From a virus (lineage: Duplodnaviria; Heunggongvirae; Uroviricota; Caudoviricetes), in the IMG/VR virus record IMGVR_UViG_3300023179_003795, positions 64,001-98,485 of that record: a DNA stretch of 34,485 nt; one strand, written 5' to 3'. Both the position numbers and the translations under genes were made by a program. The notes under the pieces were generated by a model. That model was not told the origin of the DNA. It searched no databases and saw only the letters and a program-made list of their open reading frames with translations. Shown here one piece after another: positions 9,749 through 19,649 of the stretch (its first letter is position 1; each line of letters opens with the position of its first letter).

Positions 9749-10641
9749 TATCCTATAATATTAGTCCTACTATCATTAAAATCTATATTATCTCTCAATC
9801 TTCTAATTTCATAATTAGAATTGGTAAGAGAAACTTTTTGTTCATATAAATCATATTGTTTATATATATTACCATCAAAGTCATATACCGTATAAACACC
9901 ATCATCCACATTTTTAACTTGTTCACCATATAACATATAAGCCAATGTTTCAACGTCATATTCTACTAAATCAACTTCAATATTCACAGGATTAAAGAAC
10001 GAATTAGTTATTTTAACCGTTTGGTTTGGTTGTCCAATAAAAGGAATTGCGTTAGGTTTAACACTTGGAGCCGCTGTTGGTGTTAAAGTACAAAATAATA
10101 AATTACCACTATCACTATATCTATATCTAATAGATTTCTGACTACTATCTGTTAAGTTTTGACTTATAGGCTCACATAAAAATGACGATGTAATCACCTT
10201 AAAATAGTTTTGTAATAAACTACCATCAGGATTCACATACTCCACTTTATATCCAACTAAACCACCATTTATAAACTTATTTGTGTATTCAGCGGGTGCT
10301 TGTGTAATATCAAATACTAAACCCCTAACATCGGGTGATGAACTTAATACACCACAATCCAATATTTTAGTTCTGATTTCAGCGGGTCTAATATATAAAT
10401 TATATATACCTTTTTGATTGAAATTTGCTGATGGTAATGTAAGGTTATACATACCACCTAATATTTCATTTGTATTACCACCTGTGTCTGCTGTATTAAA
10501 AACAGGTGCTATTATATCAACCGCGTTTAACTTAGTGATTGTAGGTGCTCCAATAAAATCCCTTGTTGGGACATATATTGAAAACACTTCCATATCTGAA
10601 GGACTCGCATTAGCCGCTTTAACTGTACCGAATGTGCTCAT
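9748..10641 (-). CDS. Virion structural protein, putative
   Basis: 297 aa, beta-rich, preceded by the TATTTATA motif and TAATG-coupled to the downstream gene. Confidence 0.6.
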   Translation of the reverse strand: MSTFGTVKAANASPSDMEVFSIYVPTRDFIGAPTITKLNAVDIIAPVFNTADTGGNTNEILGGMYNLTLPSANFNQKGIYNLYIRPAEIRTKILDCGVLSSSPDVRGLVFDITQAPAEYTNKFINGGLVGYKVEYVNPDGSLLQNYFKVITSSFLCEPISQNLTDSSQKSIRYRYSDSGNLLFCTLTPTAAPSVKPNAIPFIGQPNQTVKITNSFFNPVNIEVDLVEYDVETLAYMLYGEQVKNVDDGVYTVYDFDGNIYKQYDLYEQKVSLTNSNYEIRRLRDNIDFNDSRTNIIG

Positions 10642-10645
10642 ATCT

Positions 10646-10653
10646 TATAAATA
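10646..10653 (-). promoter_or_regulatory. TATTTATA putative late-promoter motif
   Basis: TATTTATA-agat-ATG, 4 nt upstream of 9748..10641. Confidence 0.6.
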
Positions 10654-10662
10654 TTTGTATTA

Positions 10663-11844
10663 TTATTTTTCTTGTTCTTTTTTCACGTTAAAGAAATTAT
10701 TATTATATCCGTTAATATCATCAACAGTATTTACATCACAAAATTTCATTATTGGTCCAAATACATTATTATTACCCCTTTGAATAAACGCATAATTATT
10801 TATCTTAGGTTTTTCAATTATACCTACCAATATATCCCTTTTAGTTATACCTGTAAAGATTAAATCATTACTACCCATACCATTTGGTGTATATTGATAA
10901 TATGTCGTTACACCAGTTGTCGCTGAATATTCATAAAAATATAAATTTGTATTACCCGATTGTTTAATAATATATAATGTAGAACCATCAGTTAAACCAC
11001 TTTTACTTACCACTTGTTTACCTGCTGACACAGAACCAACATTTATTGTTTTTCCTGTTCCATAAGTAATAAACTCAAATAAAGTACTTTCAGTTAAACC
11101 TTGTGTTGTTGTTCCTGTTACTTGTTTAGCGTAGTAATCAATTGTATTAGGTAGAGATGAAGTTGTTAAACCTGTGTAAGCGCTATTAACAGTATATGAC
11201 GTATTAAATAAAGATGTTTTATATATGTTTGAACTACTATTCCCTGAAATATATAAATCATATCTAAAACCAGGATATGTCCAAACCAAACTAACATCAC
11301 CCGATATTGATGGTCTATAAAAATTTAATATTTGATTACGTTTTAAAAAATTATTATTACCATCAAAAGCATCCACATAAAAATTAAAATATTGACTACT
11401 AAATGATGTCCCACCTATATTTGTAGCAGTTAAATAATTTCCAATATGAACGGTTTGACAAGTTTTTACATAACCAGCACTATTTGTAGCGGTTAAACAT
11501 ACGGTATAAGCGGTGGGAACACTTGAATATAGTATTGGTGGGTTTGTGGTTGATGCTGTCAATACGTTTTGTACGTCCCAAAAGTAAGAAAAACTTGGGG
11601 ATATTGATGTATTTACAACACTAACCGCAGTCGATCCACTTGGATAAGCAACAAAGTTTATATCACCTAATAATTGTTTAATATCCCAAGCAACATTATC
11701 ATATACACCAATTTCTCTCGCATCAACATCCAACATAAAAGGTATTTGTATAATACCATTAGTTATGTTTAATGTATTACCTTTAACCGGTAGTTGCAAA
11801 CTGCTAAGTTGGTTTGTCCCTATTTTAATTTCTATTTTTTCCAT
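10663..11844 (-). CDS. Structural protein with PKD-like domain
   Basis: SFSYFWD...YTVCLTATNSAG...TVHI matches the PKD/Ig-like pattern; Thr/Gly-rich. Confidence 0.6.
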   Translation of the reverse strand: MEKIEIKIGTNQLSSLQLPVKGNTLNITNGIIQIPFMLDVDAREIGVYDNVAWDIKQLLGDINFVAYPSGSTAVSVVNTSISPSFSYFWDVQNVLTASTTNPPILYSSVPTAYTVCLTATNSAGYVKTCQTVHIGNYLTATNIGGTSFSSQYFNFYVDAFDGNNNFLKRNQILNFYRPSISGDVSLVWTYPGFRYDLYISGNSSSNIYKTSLFNTSYTVNSAYTGLTTSSLPNTIDYYAKQVTGTTTQGLTESTLFEFITYGTGKTINVGSVSAGKQVVSKSGLTDGSTLYIIKQSGNTNLYFYEYSATTGVTTYYQYTPNGMGSNDLIFTGITKRDILVGIIEKPKINNYAFIQRGNNNVFGPIMKFCDVNTVDDINGYNNNFFNVKKEQEK

Positions 11845-12989
11845 TATCCTTCTGTTGGTTTTGGTAAATTAGGTGATGCTTGGTTTGTAACCCTCACATC
11901 TGATATTATTTTTTCATACATAGGTATTGTTGTTGTTCCACTAATAACCGGATTTATATCAAAAGATAAAGTATTTGGATTATATAACCTTATACCATAA
12001 GTTTTTGTTGATGAACTTAAACTTAGTTTTATGTAAGTATAATTATCGGTAAATTGTGTCCTATAAAATATTGTCCCATCCTTATTTGGGTTTATTATAT
12101 CACTTATCGTAGATCCTGATTTTGTAACCATTTGAACCGATTTACCTGTTTTTGGGTTATAAAAAGCCACCTGTAAATAAAGTTCAGTTATATCAGTGCT
12201 CTTAGGTAAATAAATATTATTACCCAAAGTTTTATTATATCTATCCAAATTTAAATTAGGTTTTTTAACCGAATCATATGTCACACCCTTTGGTGGGTTA
12301 TAGAAATTAGCAAAATTAGGGAATATACTTAATACAGACGAATAATTTATTGCGTTATACCTAACCAAATTAAAACCTGTTTGTCCTGTTTCACCTGTAA
12401 ATATTAACTTATTATAGTAAAACTGATCGTATCCTGTTGTAGTTGATTTAGCACCAACTAATATCTTATCCACTTCTTTTCTATTAGAAATAGTATTACT
12501 ATTAAAATATGTAAATATAAATTGAGCATTTGACATTGCTTGATTACTAATAGTAGCGACATTTACTTCTCTTATTTTTTTAATATTACCACCACCAACA
12601 TCAATCTGCCATTCATTTGTATCACCAACATTGGTTCCGATTATTTGATTTTCAACTGGTTGTAAATTAACATTATCTCTTAATGTATTAGCGTATGAGT
12701 TAATAAAATAACCACTACTTTTTGTAAAAACATTTTGTTTATTATATGGATAAAATGGGTTAGTTGTTTCGTCACCTTTATCATCCCCACAACAAAAGAA
12801 ATTAAATTGATAGTTTAGGTTTTCACCTTCATATTGATATAAATCCAACTCAAAATCCACAATAGGGTTTATATTACCTGAACCTTCAGTATTCACCCAA
12901 TCCCTTATTAAACCTTCCTTATCATCGGTAAAGTTTAATGTGAATGGTATATTTAATATTTTTGTTTGATCAGTATTCCTTATTTCCAT
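11844..12989 (-). CDS. Virion structural protein, putative
   Basis: 381 aa within the coupled structural operon (TAATG overlap). Confidence 0.6.
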   Translation of the reverse strand: MEIRNTDQTKILNIPFTLNFTDDKEGLIRDWVNTEGSGNINPIVDFELDLYQYEGENLNYQFNFFCCGDDKGDETTNPFYPYNKQNVFTKSSGYFINSYANTLRDNVNLQPVENQIIGTNVGDTNEWQIDVGGGNIKKIREVNVATISNQAMSNAQFIFTYFNSNTISNRKEVDKILVGAKSTTTGYDQFYYNKLIFTGETGQTGFNLVRYNAINYSSVLSIFPNFANFYNPPKGVTYDSVKKPNLNLDRYNKTLGNNIYLPKSTDITELYLQVAFYNPKTGKSVQMVTKSGSTISDIINPNKDGTIFYRTQFTDNYTYIKLSLSSSTKTYGIRLYNPNTLSFDINPVISGTTTIPMYEKIISDVRVTNQASPNLPKPTEG

Positions 12990-12990
12990 T

Positions 12991-15900
12991 TTAACAAATA
13001 TCTATGTCATTTATTGTTTGTAAAGTTCCAAGACTATTATTATAATTATAATTAGTGTTATAACTTAAACTTCTTCTATTACCTGTTATTGGATTCCAAT
13101 ACTTACTTCTAAATGGTAATATAAAATTATTATATACATAATGTTTACCATTTAAGAATGGGAAATTAGTTCCTTTACCTGATTCATCAATATCACCATT
13201 AGGTATTAAATCTCTCCACTGCCATATGTTTAATTTATCATTAAATACCGCCCAAGATTGTTTATCTTCAACATTATTACTACTATATATAGTATTTGTA
13301 AAATATCTTAATATTACAGGGTTTAATAAATCTGTTTTAGCGTATGTTGAAGTTGTAGCCGAAAATATGGTTGATCCTGTATAACCATACAAATCTTTTA
13401 ACTTAAATAAGTAATTTGGCATCTGTAAAACATAGGTTTGTAGTTCCCTTTCATTATATTCAACAATATCACCATAAACACTATCACCAATATTAATAGA
13501 ATCAGCAATACTTAATTTTGTTTCAAAATCACCTAAATAATAAACCACAAAATGCTCAAACATTAAATCACTTAGTTTTACATTATATGTATCACCATAA
13601 TATTGTAAGGTATAAAGATTTGTATATCCTGTTGTTGGTAAATTACCATATGTGGTATTATTAATTATAGCGTATAATCCACCTAATTCATACCCTAAAA
13701 TAGTAGAACTTGTTAAAGTATCAGTAGAACCGGTAGCAAAATAAACAGTTCTCCCAATCGGAAAATCACTTAATTGATTATTAATTAAAACCATAGAATT
13801 ACCAGGATATAAACTACTTCCAGCAATTTGTGATGAACCATAATTTGTTAAAGTTGGTTTAATACCTAATAATGAAAAAGTATTACCTGATGTATCACCA
13901 ATAGGTTTCTTTGAGTATTCACTAAATAATGAAAAATACCTATTAGAATTGTAATTAAAGTCATCACCTTTTCTATATACAATAGATCTGGTTAAACCTG
14001 TCATACCTGAATATGTTGGGTATGAATCCGTAAAATCTATATATGTTCCAATACCAAGTTTCGTATCCGTATCAAATACAAACGTATCATCCTGTAAATA
14101 AGTTCCATCGGGTGTTATACTACCATTTCTATATGTATTTGTTAAACCTGAAGCCATTAAACCTAAACCATATGATGCTGTATTATGATATGAACTACCA
14201 CTTAAAAAGAAATTAGTGTTATTCATATATAATTCCCTTGATATAAATCCATTTCTAGCACCATAATACTCATCATAAAACTTATTTTTAAGTTTAGTGA
14301 TTTTTTGGGTTGTTGTTGATGTTATATTCTTTTTCTTAAAAAAATAAGATATACTAGTAATTGGAACACCATTTTCATCATATAAACTACTAACATCAAT
14401 TTCACTTGTATTAGTTAAATAATAATTATTATTTCCAAAACCATTTTTAGATAAAGGTGTTGTTAATGTATAGTTATCACTATTTTCAATTACTTTATAT
14501 TTTCTAATATAATATTGAGATAAACTACCACTATCAGTTGGTGTTAAATATCTTTTAAATTGAATGTACGTTCCAGTAAATCCACTTAATTTAATTGTAA
14601 ATAATTTATCACTTACACCATTATTTTTAGAACCAACACTTACAACAGGAAATATACCTAAATTAGTTGATGTTACACCAGATATTTGTTTTACGCTAAC
14701 ATAATCACCAATTTTAAGGTTATGATTAAAGTATGAATTGAATACAGTATTTGTTGTAGCACTTATCTCAAATAATGTTAGACCTCTATTATATTTAGCG
14801 GGTATTCCATCACCGATTGTAAAGGTATTTGTTAAACCACTTTCAATAATGTACAATGGGATTGTATTGTCTTTATCGTTTGGATACATTGAAAGTAAAT
14901 CCCAATTTTCCGTATTATTATTTAAGTATTCCAAATATTGTTTAGATGGAACAACTGAATCAAAATAATCGTCATACGATAATAATTTTTGTGTTCTATA
15001 TTGATAAGGTTCTCTTTGAACAAGTTTATAATTAACTAACCCTTTAAATGCGTATGTGTTTGTATCTGCCGATATAACTGTGTTTGGTTGAAATGTATAT
15101 ATATCTGTAGCCGAAGTATTTGTCCAACCATAATAATCCCTATAACTTACATTAAACGTTGAACCGCTTAATTCGTATGAGTCAGGCCATATATTTAACC
15201 AACAATATTGTTGATATGCTTTTATTGTTTTAATATCACCACTAGCCATAGAATCAGGTAATCCCATAAAACCAGCAATTGAGTCATAAGCATAACTTGT
15301 TTTTAACAATCCATTGTCGCCTGTTTTAGCGGTAACAAAGAATGAATATGTTTGATATTTAGGTATTTTAACATTCATATTACCCCTAAAAGTATATAGA
15401 TTAGTTCTTAATGTATTAGATTGGGTAAAATCAACTTCAGTTGTTCCTGTTAGAAATTTACCAATATTTATCCACCCTGTTGATGCACTAACAATTATTG
15501 GACTTCCAGCGGTATTAGTATAATTGGTGGTTGTATATGAACCATTTTTTTTAATATCCGTAGGTAAATACCAATAATCCAATAATTCAACCGTTTGTTC
15601 AGATGATATTGTAGTTAATGGTGATATATTTGTAACAATAATATCATCGTATGGCGCTGTTAAACTAAAAATAACTGATTTAGTTTTATATAAGTCATTA
15701 GGTTTATTAGGGTCAGGTCCATTAGTTACATTTGTATTTGTAACCACTTTTACCGGATCATATAATAAATCAATATTACTTAATAATGAATCATATGATG
15801 CAATACCTTGAGATGCGATACAATAAAATAATTGATATCCAATAGTATTATAACTATATTCTAAAAAACTACCGTTAATAGTCGCCTCAATTTCAACCCG

Positions 15901-16578
15901 AACAGTCTCACCAATAGTAAATGTCATACCACTACTTAAAATATTTGGTGTTATAACTACCGCTGAATTAGCGTTTATATAACTACCATATACTTGTTTT
16001 GAATATACCTTTGTTGAAGTACCTTTAATAAAATTAATATTAACAGTAAAATTATGTGGGGATACATCAATATTTTTAAGATTAATTCTTAATTTCGTTC
16101 CAAACGAATATACTCCTGTTTCCTGTATTGTAAAAGTATTAGTCAAATCATCATATCCAGGTGGTGTTGAGTTTTTATTTATACCAGGAAATGGTAATGT
16201 TTTAGAACTAGTTAAACCAATGTAATTTGTCAAAATAACTCTATCAAACGCCTCAAAATTTTTTGAATTGGTTGAGGGTGGTATTTTTAAAGGTTGTTTA
16301 TTAATATAATAATTTGTATTATAATTTTTAAAATAGTTGTTTATAAATGGACTATTTAAAGCATTACTATAATACATACCACTTACTTTAAGATATGTTC
16401 TAAATAAATCCGAATCTTGTCTTTCGGTGACAAATTGTTCACCTGAACTAACCGTATAATTATATAAACCTTCAATTGAGTTTTTTGAGTTATTCTCAAG
16501 GTTTAATTTAATTTGGATATCTTTATCAGGACTTCCAATATATTTTTTATTTGGTAATAATATTTTTTTATTTTCCAT
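12991..16578 (-). CDS. Large virion structural protein (tail/baseplate associated) with C1q/TNF-like insert
   Basis: 1195 aa, Tyr/Thr/Asn-rich; TFTIQETGVYSFGTKLRI...FTIGETVRVEI jelly-roll pattern; cluster context. Confidence 0.6.
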   Translation of the reverse strand: MENKKILLPNKKYIGSPDKDIQIKLNLENNSKNSIEGLYNYTVSSGEQFVTERQDSDLFRTYLKVSGMYYSNALNSPFINNYFKNYNTNYYINKQPLKIPPSTNSKNFEAFDRVILTNYIGLTSSKTLPFPGINKNSTPPGYDDLTNTFTIQETGVYSFGTKLRINLKNIDVSPHNFTVNINFIKGTSTKVYSKQVYGSYINANSAVVITPNILSSGMTFTIGETVRVEIEATINGSFLEYSYNTIGYQLFYCIASQGIASYDSLLSNIDLLYDPVKVVTNTNVTNGPDPNKPNDLYKTKSVIFSLTAPYDDIIVTNISPLTTISSEQTVELLDYWYLPTDIKKNGSYTTTNYTNTAGSPIIVSASTGWINIGKFLTGTTEVDFTQSNTLRTNLYTFRGNMNVKIPKYQTYSFFVTAKTGDNGLLKTSYAYDSIAGFMGLPDSMASGDIKTIKAYQQYCWLNIWPDSYELSGSTFNVSYRDYYGWTNTSATDIYTFQPNTVISADTNTYAFKGLVNYKLVQREPYQYRTQKLLSYDDYFDSVVPSKQYLEYLNNNTENWDLLSMYPNDKDNTIPLYIIESGLTNTFTIGDGIPAKYNRGLTLFEISATTNTVFNSYFNHNLKIGDYVSVKQISGVTSTNLGIFPVVSVGSKNNGVSDKLFTIKLSGFTGTYIQFKRYLTPTDSGSLSQYYIRKYKVIENSDNYTLTTPLSKNGFGNNNYYLTNTSEIDVSSLYDENGVPITSISYFFKKKNITSTTTQKITKLKNKFYDEYYGARNGFISRELYMNNTNFFLSGSSYHNTASYGLGLMASGLTNTYRNGSITPDGTYLQDDTFVFDTDTKLGIGTYIDFTDSYPTYSGMTGLTRSIVYRKGDDFNYNSNRYFSLFSEYSKKPIGDTSGNTFSLLGIKPTLTNYGSSQIAGSSLYPGNSMVLINNQLSDFPIGRTVYFATGSTDTLTSSTILGYELGGLYAIINNTTYGNLPTTGYTNLYTLQYYGDTYNVKLSDLMFEHFVVYYLGDFETKLSIADSINIGDSVYGDIVEYNERELQTYVLQMPNYLFKLKDLYGYTGSTIFSATTSTYAKTDLLNPVILRYFTNTIYSSNNVEDKQSWAVFNDKLNIWQWRDLIPNGDIDESGKGTNFPFLNGKHYVYNNFILPFRSKYWNPITGNRRSLSYNTNYNYNNSLGTLQTINDIDIC

Positions 16579-16579
16579 T

Positions 16580-19219
16580 TTAGTTTATTTCGTTATATAT
16601 AAAATCCCTTAATTTCCAATATTGATTACAAAAGAAGTAATAATTTATTGTCCCATTTTCATATGGATTATTTATTTGTGTATGTTCAACAATGTTAAAC
16701 ATTTCATCTGTTATTGGGTAAAGCATTAAGTCCATTTCTGTTAATTTAGGTGCGTTAAATCCACCACTATTTGTATCAAAAATATCTTTTCCAGGTCCAA
16801 CAGGGTAATAAACCGTGTCATATTTAGTGGCTTCAAATGTAGGTAAATACATATTACCAATAATTAAAGGAAATAAATTACCTGTTGGTATTTTATAAAA
16901 ACCTATATTTCCATTTTGTAATCTAAAACTCATACGATTATTTAATCTTTCAGTATAAAAATTAAAATACACAATATCATTATCTTGGAAATAATAATTA
17001 AAATCTAAATTCCACGATCTACCCTCATCAAGCCATTTATAATCATCAGTAGCGGTAACATCCTGTGAATCTTGATATATTTTTATATTCTGACCATTTC
17101 TATACACCACAATTTCCATGTGGTATTTAGCATAAAAAGGTAAAGATTCTTGCCAACCTTGTAATTCTATATTACCTTTAATTTTATAATTACCACCATT
17201 TCCGGTGTTTATTTGAAAGTGGCTATTTGTTGTACCGTCACCACCCCAAGTTCCAATATCCGGATTTTTATTATCCGATACAAAATCAAAACCTCCGTTA
17301 GGTGCTGCGGTTCTACCAATATTACCAAAAGGGTAATAACCAGTATTTAAATCATATAATTCATAACTATTTGGAGTATACCCATAAGGCCCATCATCGT
17401 CTAATGGTAACACATTCGGTCCTAAAGCACTTTTAGTTGAGTTAATACCTGTTGTTGTTATAGTAGTGATAAGTTGTGTATCACCCGATAATGGTTTTGT
17501 TGAATAACAATTTGGCATTGGAGCATATCTAGCCCTTTTTAATGTATCACTATACGATATTGTCCCACCACTTAAACCATTATTTTCAACATTTAAAGCC
17601 GAATAATAACCATACTTTGTCCATTGACTTGCTATTGTATAAATATTACTTCTCCTATTTGTATAATCCCAATTTAATTCAGCACCATTCCTATACTTTG
17701 TTCCAGCATCTTCTTTTGGATAAGGATAATAATTAGTATTAATTGGGTTATAATACCCATTTGGGAATGGTGACGCTGGATAGTATTGAGCGTTATATTT
17801 AATATTAAATCTATTAACTGTCGTTATACCAGTTGAACCGTCATAACCTATTTGTTCCACAAAATCAGCGTTATTATTTAAGTTAAAGCCTATACCTGAT
17901 GCTCTTGAATAAGTTTTACCATCATTCATATTAACATTAACATTATTATTAATATATATCATTAAACAATAAGGTGTTCTTGTAAAAATACCTGTTGGGT
18001 TCTTAGTAAAATCATCATTTGTTTTATACCAATTACCTTCTTCATCAATATTATATCTATCCCACTTACAAGGTATTGCAGCATAAAATGTTCCATCAGG
18101 TGCAACATCAGCCGAAACATCAGGATCGGTATCATCTGTTCCATCCAATAAAAATGCTACTTTACCACCCATATTTTGTTTAGTTGTCGCATCACTCATA
18201 TTATTTATTGTATATGTTGGTGTCGCAGAATTAAAAACTGACCTGTCAGCGTAAAATGAACCAATAATGTAATTACAAGGTTGGTATCTATAATCTAATT
18301 TATAATCATATCTATTTATACCTATTTCACATATATCAAAATCACCAAAAAATGATTTAATCTGAACATCTGTTGATCTTGATATTAAAACACCTGCCGT
18401 GTTATCAACACCACTACCATCATTAGGTATTTGTTTTTGTATTACCGATATAGTATCACCGGCTTGATTTTTTAAGTTTGTTCCTCCACCCAAAGCAGTT
18501 GCGGTTGCTCCGGTTATAACCGTTACCACAGTCCCACCTTCACCTATTTGTGTTATATTACCCAAAGAAACTGATTGTCCGGTAGTATTACCTGTGACAG
18601 GATCACCACTATTAGCACTTATTGGAGAACCATTTAATCTTTGATCCTTTTTAAAGTTTTTCTTATCTTTATTTCCTGTCGCTAATTGTTGAACTGGTGT
18701 TGTACTCAATGAACCCGCATCGGTACTATCAAAATTCATTAATAAACCACCCTTACCTAATGGAATACCTAAAATAGTATAATCACCATTTTGATTGGTT
18801 GATGTTACAAATTTAAAATATTTTTTATATACATACTCCAACGCTGAATTAGCCATTACTTCATCCTCACTTGGAAATCCACCAACAGGATAATGATTTT
18901 TATTAACCTTATATTTTGGTAATAAAGGGTATTTATTACCCATAATATCATTATATATAGAACTAATAGTTATATCGTTTTTATCGGTATCATCTAATGG
19001 TAATACATAACCAACTTTAACATTTTCCATTGGGAAATTATTACTATCAACAATTCTACCTATAATAATACCCCAATCCCCACAAGGGTTAGGATACGCA
19101 TCCGTTCCATAAATGCTTAAAGTTAAAATATCAAGCACATCAAAATCTTGTTGGATATTTACTTTTAAGTATTGATTTTGCTCAGGAAGTATTTTAGTTT
19201 TAATTCTATATTTATTCAT
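16580..19219 (-). CDS. Virion structural protein with carboxypeptidase-regulatory/prealbumin-like N-terminal domain
   Basis: GIIIGRIVDSNNFPMENVKV...TSTNQNGDYTILGIPLG motif; C-terminal jelly-roll-like segment; first gene of the leftward operon. Confidence 0.6.
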   Translation of the reverse strand: MNKYRIKTKILPEQNQYLKVNIQQDFDVLDILTLSIYGTDAYPNPCGDWGIIIGRIVDSNNFPMENVKVGYVLPLDDTDKNDITISSIYNDIMGNKYPLLPKYKVNKNHYPVGGFPSEDEVMANSALEYVYKKYFKFVTSTNQNGDYTILGIPLGKGGLLMNFDSTDAGSLSTTPVQQLATGNKDKKNFKKDQRLNGSPISANSGDPVTGNTTGQSVSLGNITQIGEGGTVVTVITGATATALGGGTNLKNQAGDTISVIQKQIPNDGSGVDNTAGVLISRSTDVQIKSFFGDFDICEIGINRYDYKLDYRYQPCNYIIGSFYADRSVFNSATPTYTINNMSDATTKQNMGGKVAFLLDGTDDTDPDVSADVAPDGTFYAAIPCKWDRYNIDEEGNWYKTNDDFTKNPTGIFTRTPYCLMIYINNNVNVNMNDGKTYSRASGIGFNLNNNADFVEQIGYDGSTGITTVNRFNIKYNAQYYPASPFPNGYYNPINTNYYPYPKEDAGTKYRNGAELNWDYTNRRSNIYTIASQWTKYGYYSALNVENNGLSGGTISYSDTLKRARYAPMPNCYSTKPLSGDTQLITTITTTGINSTKSALGPNVLPLDDDGPYGYTPNSYELYDLNTGYYPFGNIGRTAAPNGGFDFVSDNKNPDIGTWGGDGTTNSHFQINTGNGGNYKIKGNIELQGWQESLPFYAKYHMEIVVYRNGQNIKIYQDSQDVTATDDYKWLDEGRSWNLDFNYYFQDNDIVYFNFYTERLNNRMSFRLQNGNIGFYKIPTGNLFPLIIGNMYLPTFEATKYDTVYYPVGPGKDIFDTNSGGFNAPKLTEMDLMLYPITDEMFNIVEHTQINNPYENGTINYYFFCNQYWKLRDFIYNEIN

Positions 19220-19225
19220 TTATAT

Positions 19226-19269
19226 AATAAATAAATGATTTTCAAAAATTCTAAAGTAATCTATTTATT
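19226..19269. promoter_or_regulatory. Divergent pair of TATTTATT motifs
   Basis: Minus-strand TATTTATT (19226-19233) 6 nt before the ATG at 19219, and plus-strand TATTTATT (19262-19269) 5 nt before the ATG at 19275. Confidence 0.55.
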
Positions 19270-19274
19270 TAAAT

Positions 19275-19649
19275 ATGGCTAGTATTGGTATATTTTTTCC
19301 ATTCACAGAAAGTGATACTGAATTTGTTAAACAAACAACAACAACTAATGATGAAATACGTTCATCATTGACACATTTATTATTAACTAATAAAGGTGAA
19401 AGATATTATTTACCTGATTTTGGAACAAATCTTAGGAATTTTATTTTTAACCCAAATGATAATACCACTTATGATGCAATGAAAGAAGAAGTAAAAACTG
19501 CGGTTACAAAATACTTCCCACAATTACAAATAACCGATATAATAATAAACATAGATTCAAATAACGAAAGAAAAGCCAATCTTGAAATTAAATACATTAA
19601 TAATGGCTCAATATTTGGAAAACAAGATACAATTAATATTACACTATAA
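19275..19649 (+). CDS. Baseplate wedge subunit, gp25/GPW-like
   Basis: IRSSLTHLLLTNKGERYYLPDFGTNLRNFIF is the gp25-family signature (TxxGER...PxFG). Confidence 0.9.
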   Translation: MASIGIFFPFTESDTEFVKQTTTTNDEIRSSLTHLLLTNKGERYYLPDFGTNLRNFIFNPNDNTTYDAMKEEVKTAVTKYFPQLQITDIIINIDSNNERKANLEIKYINNGSIFGKQDTINITL

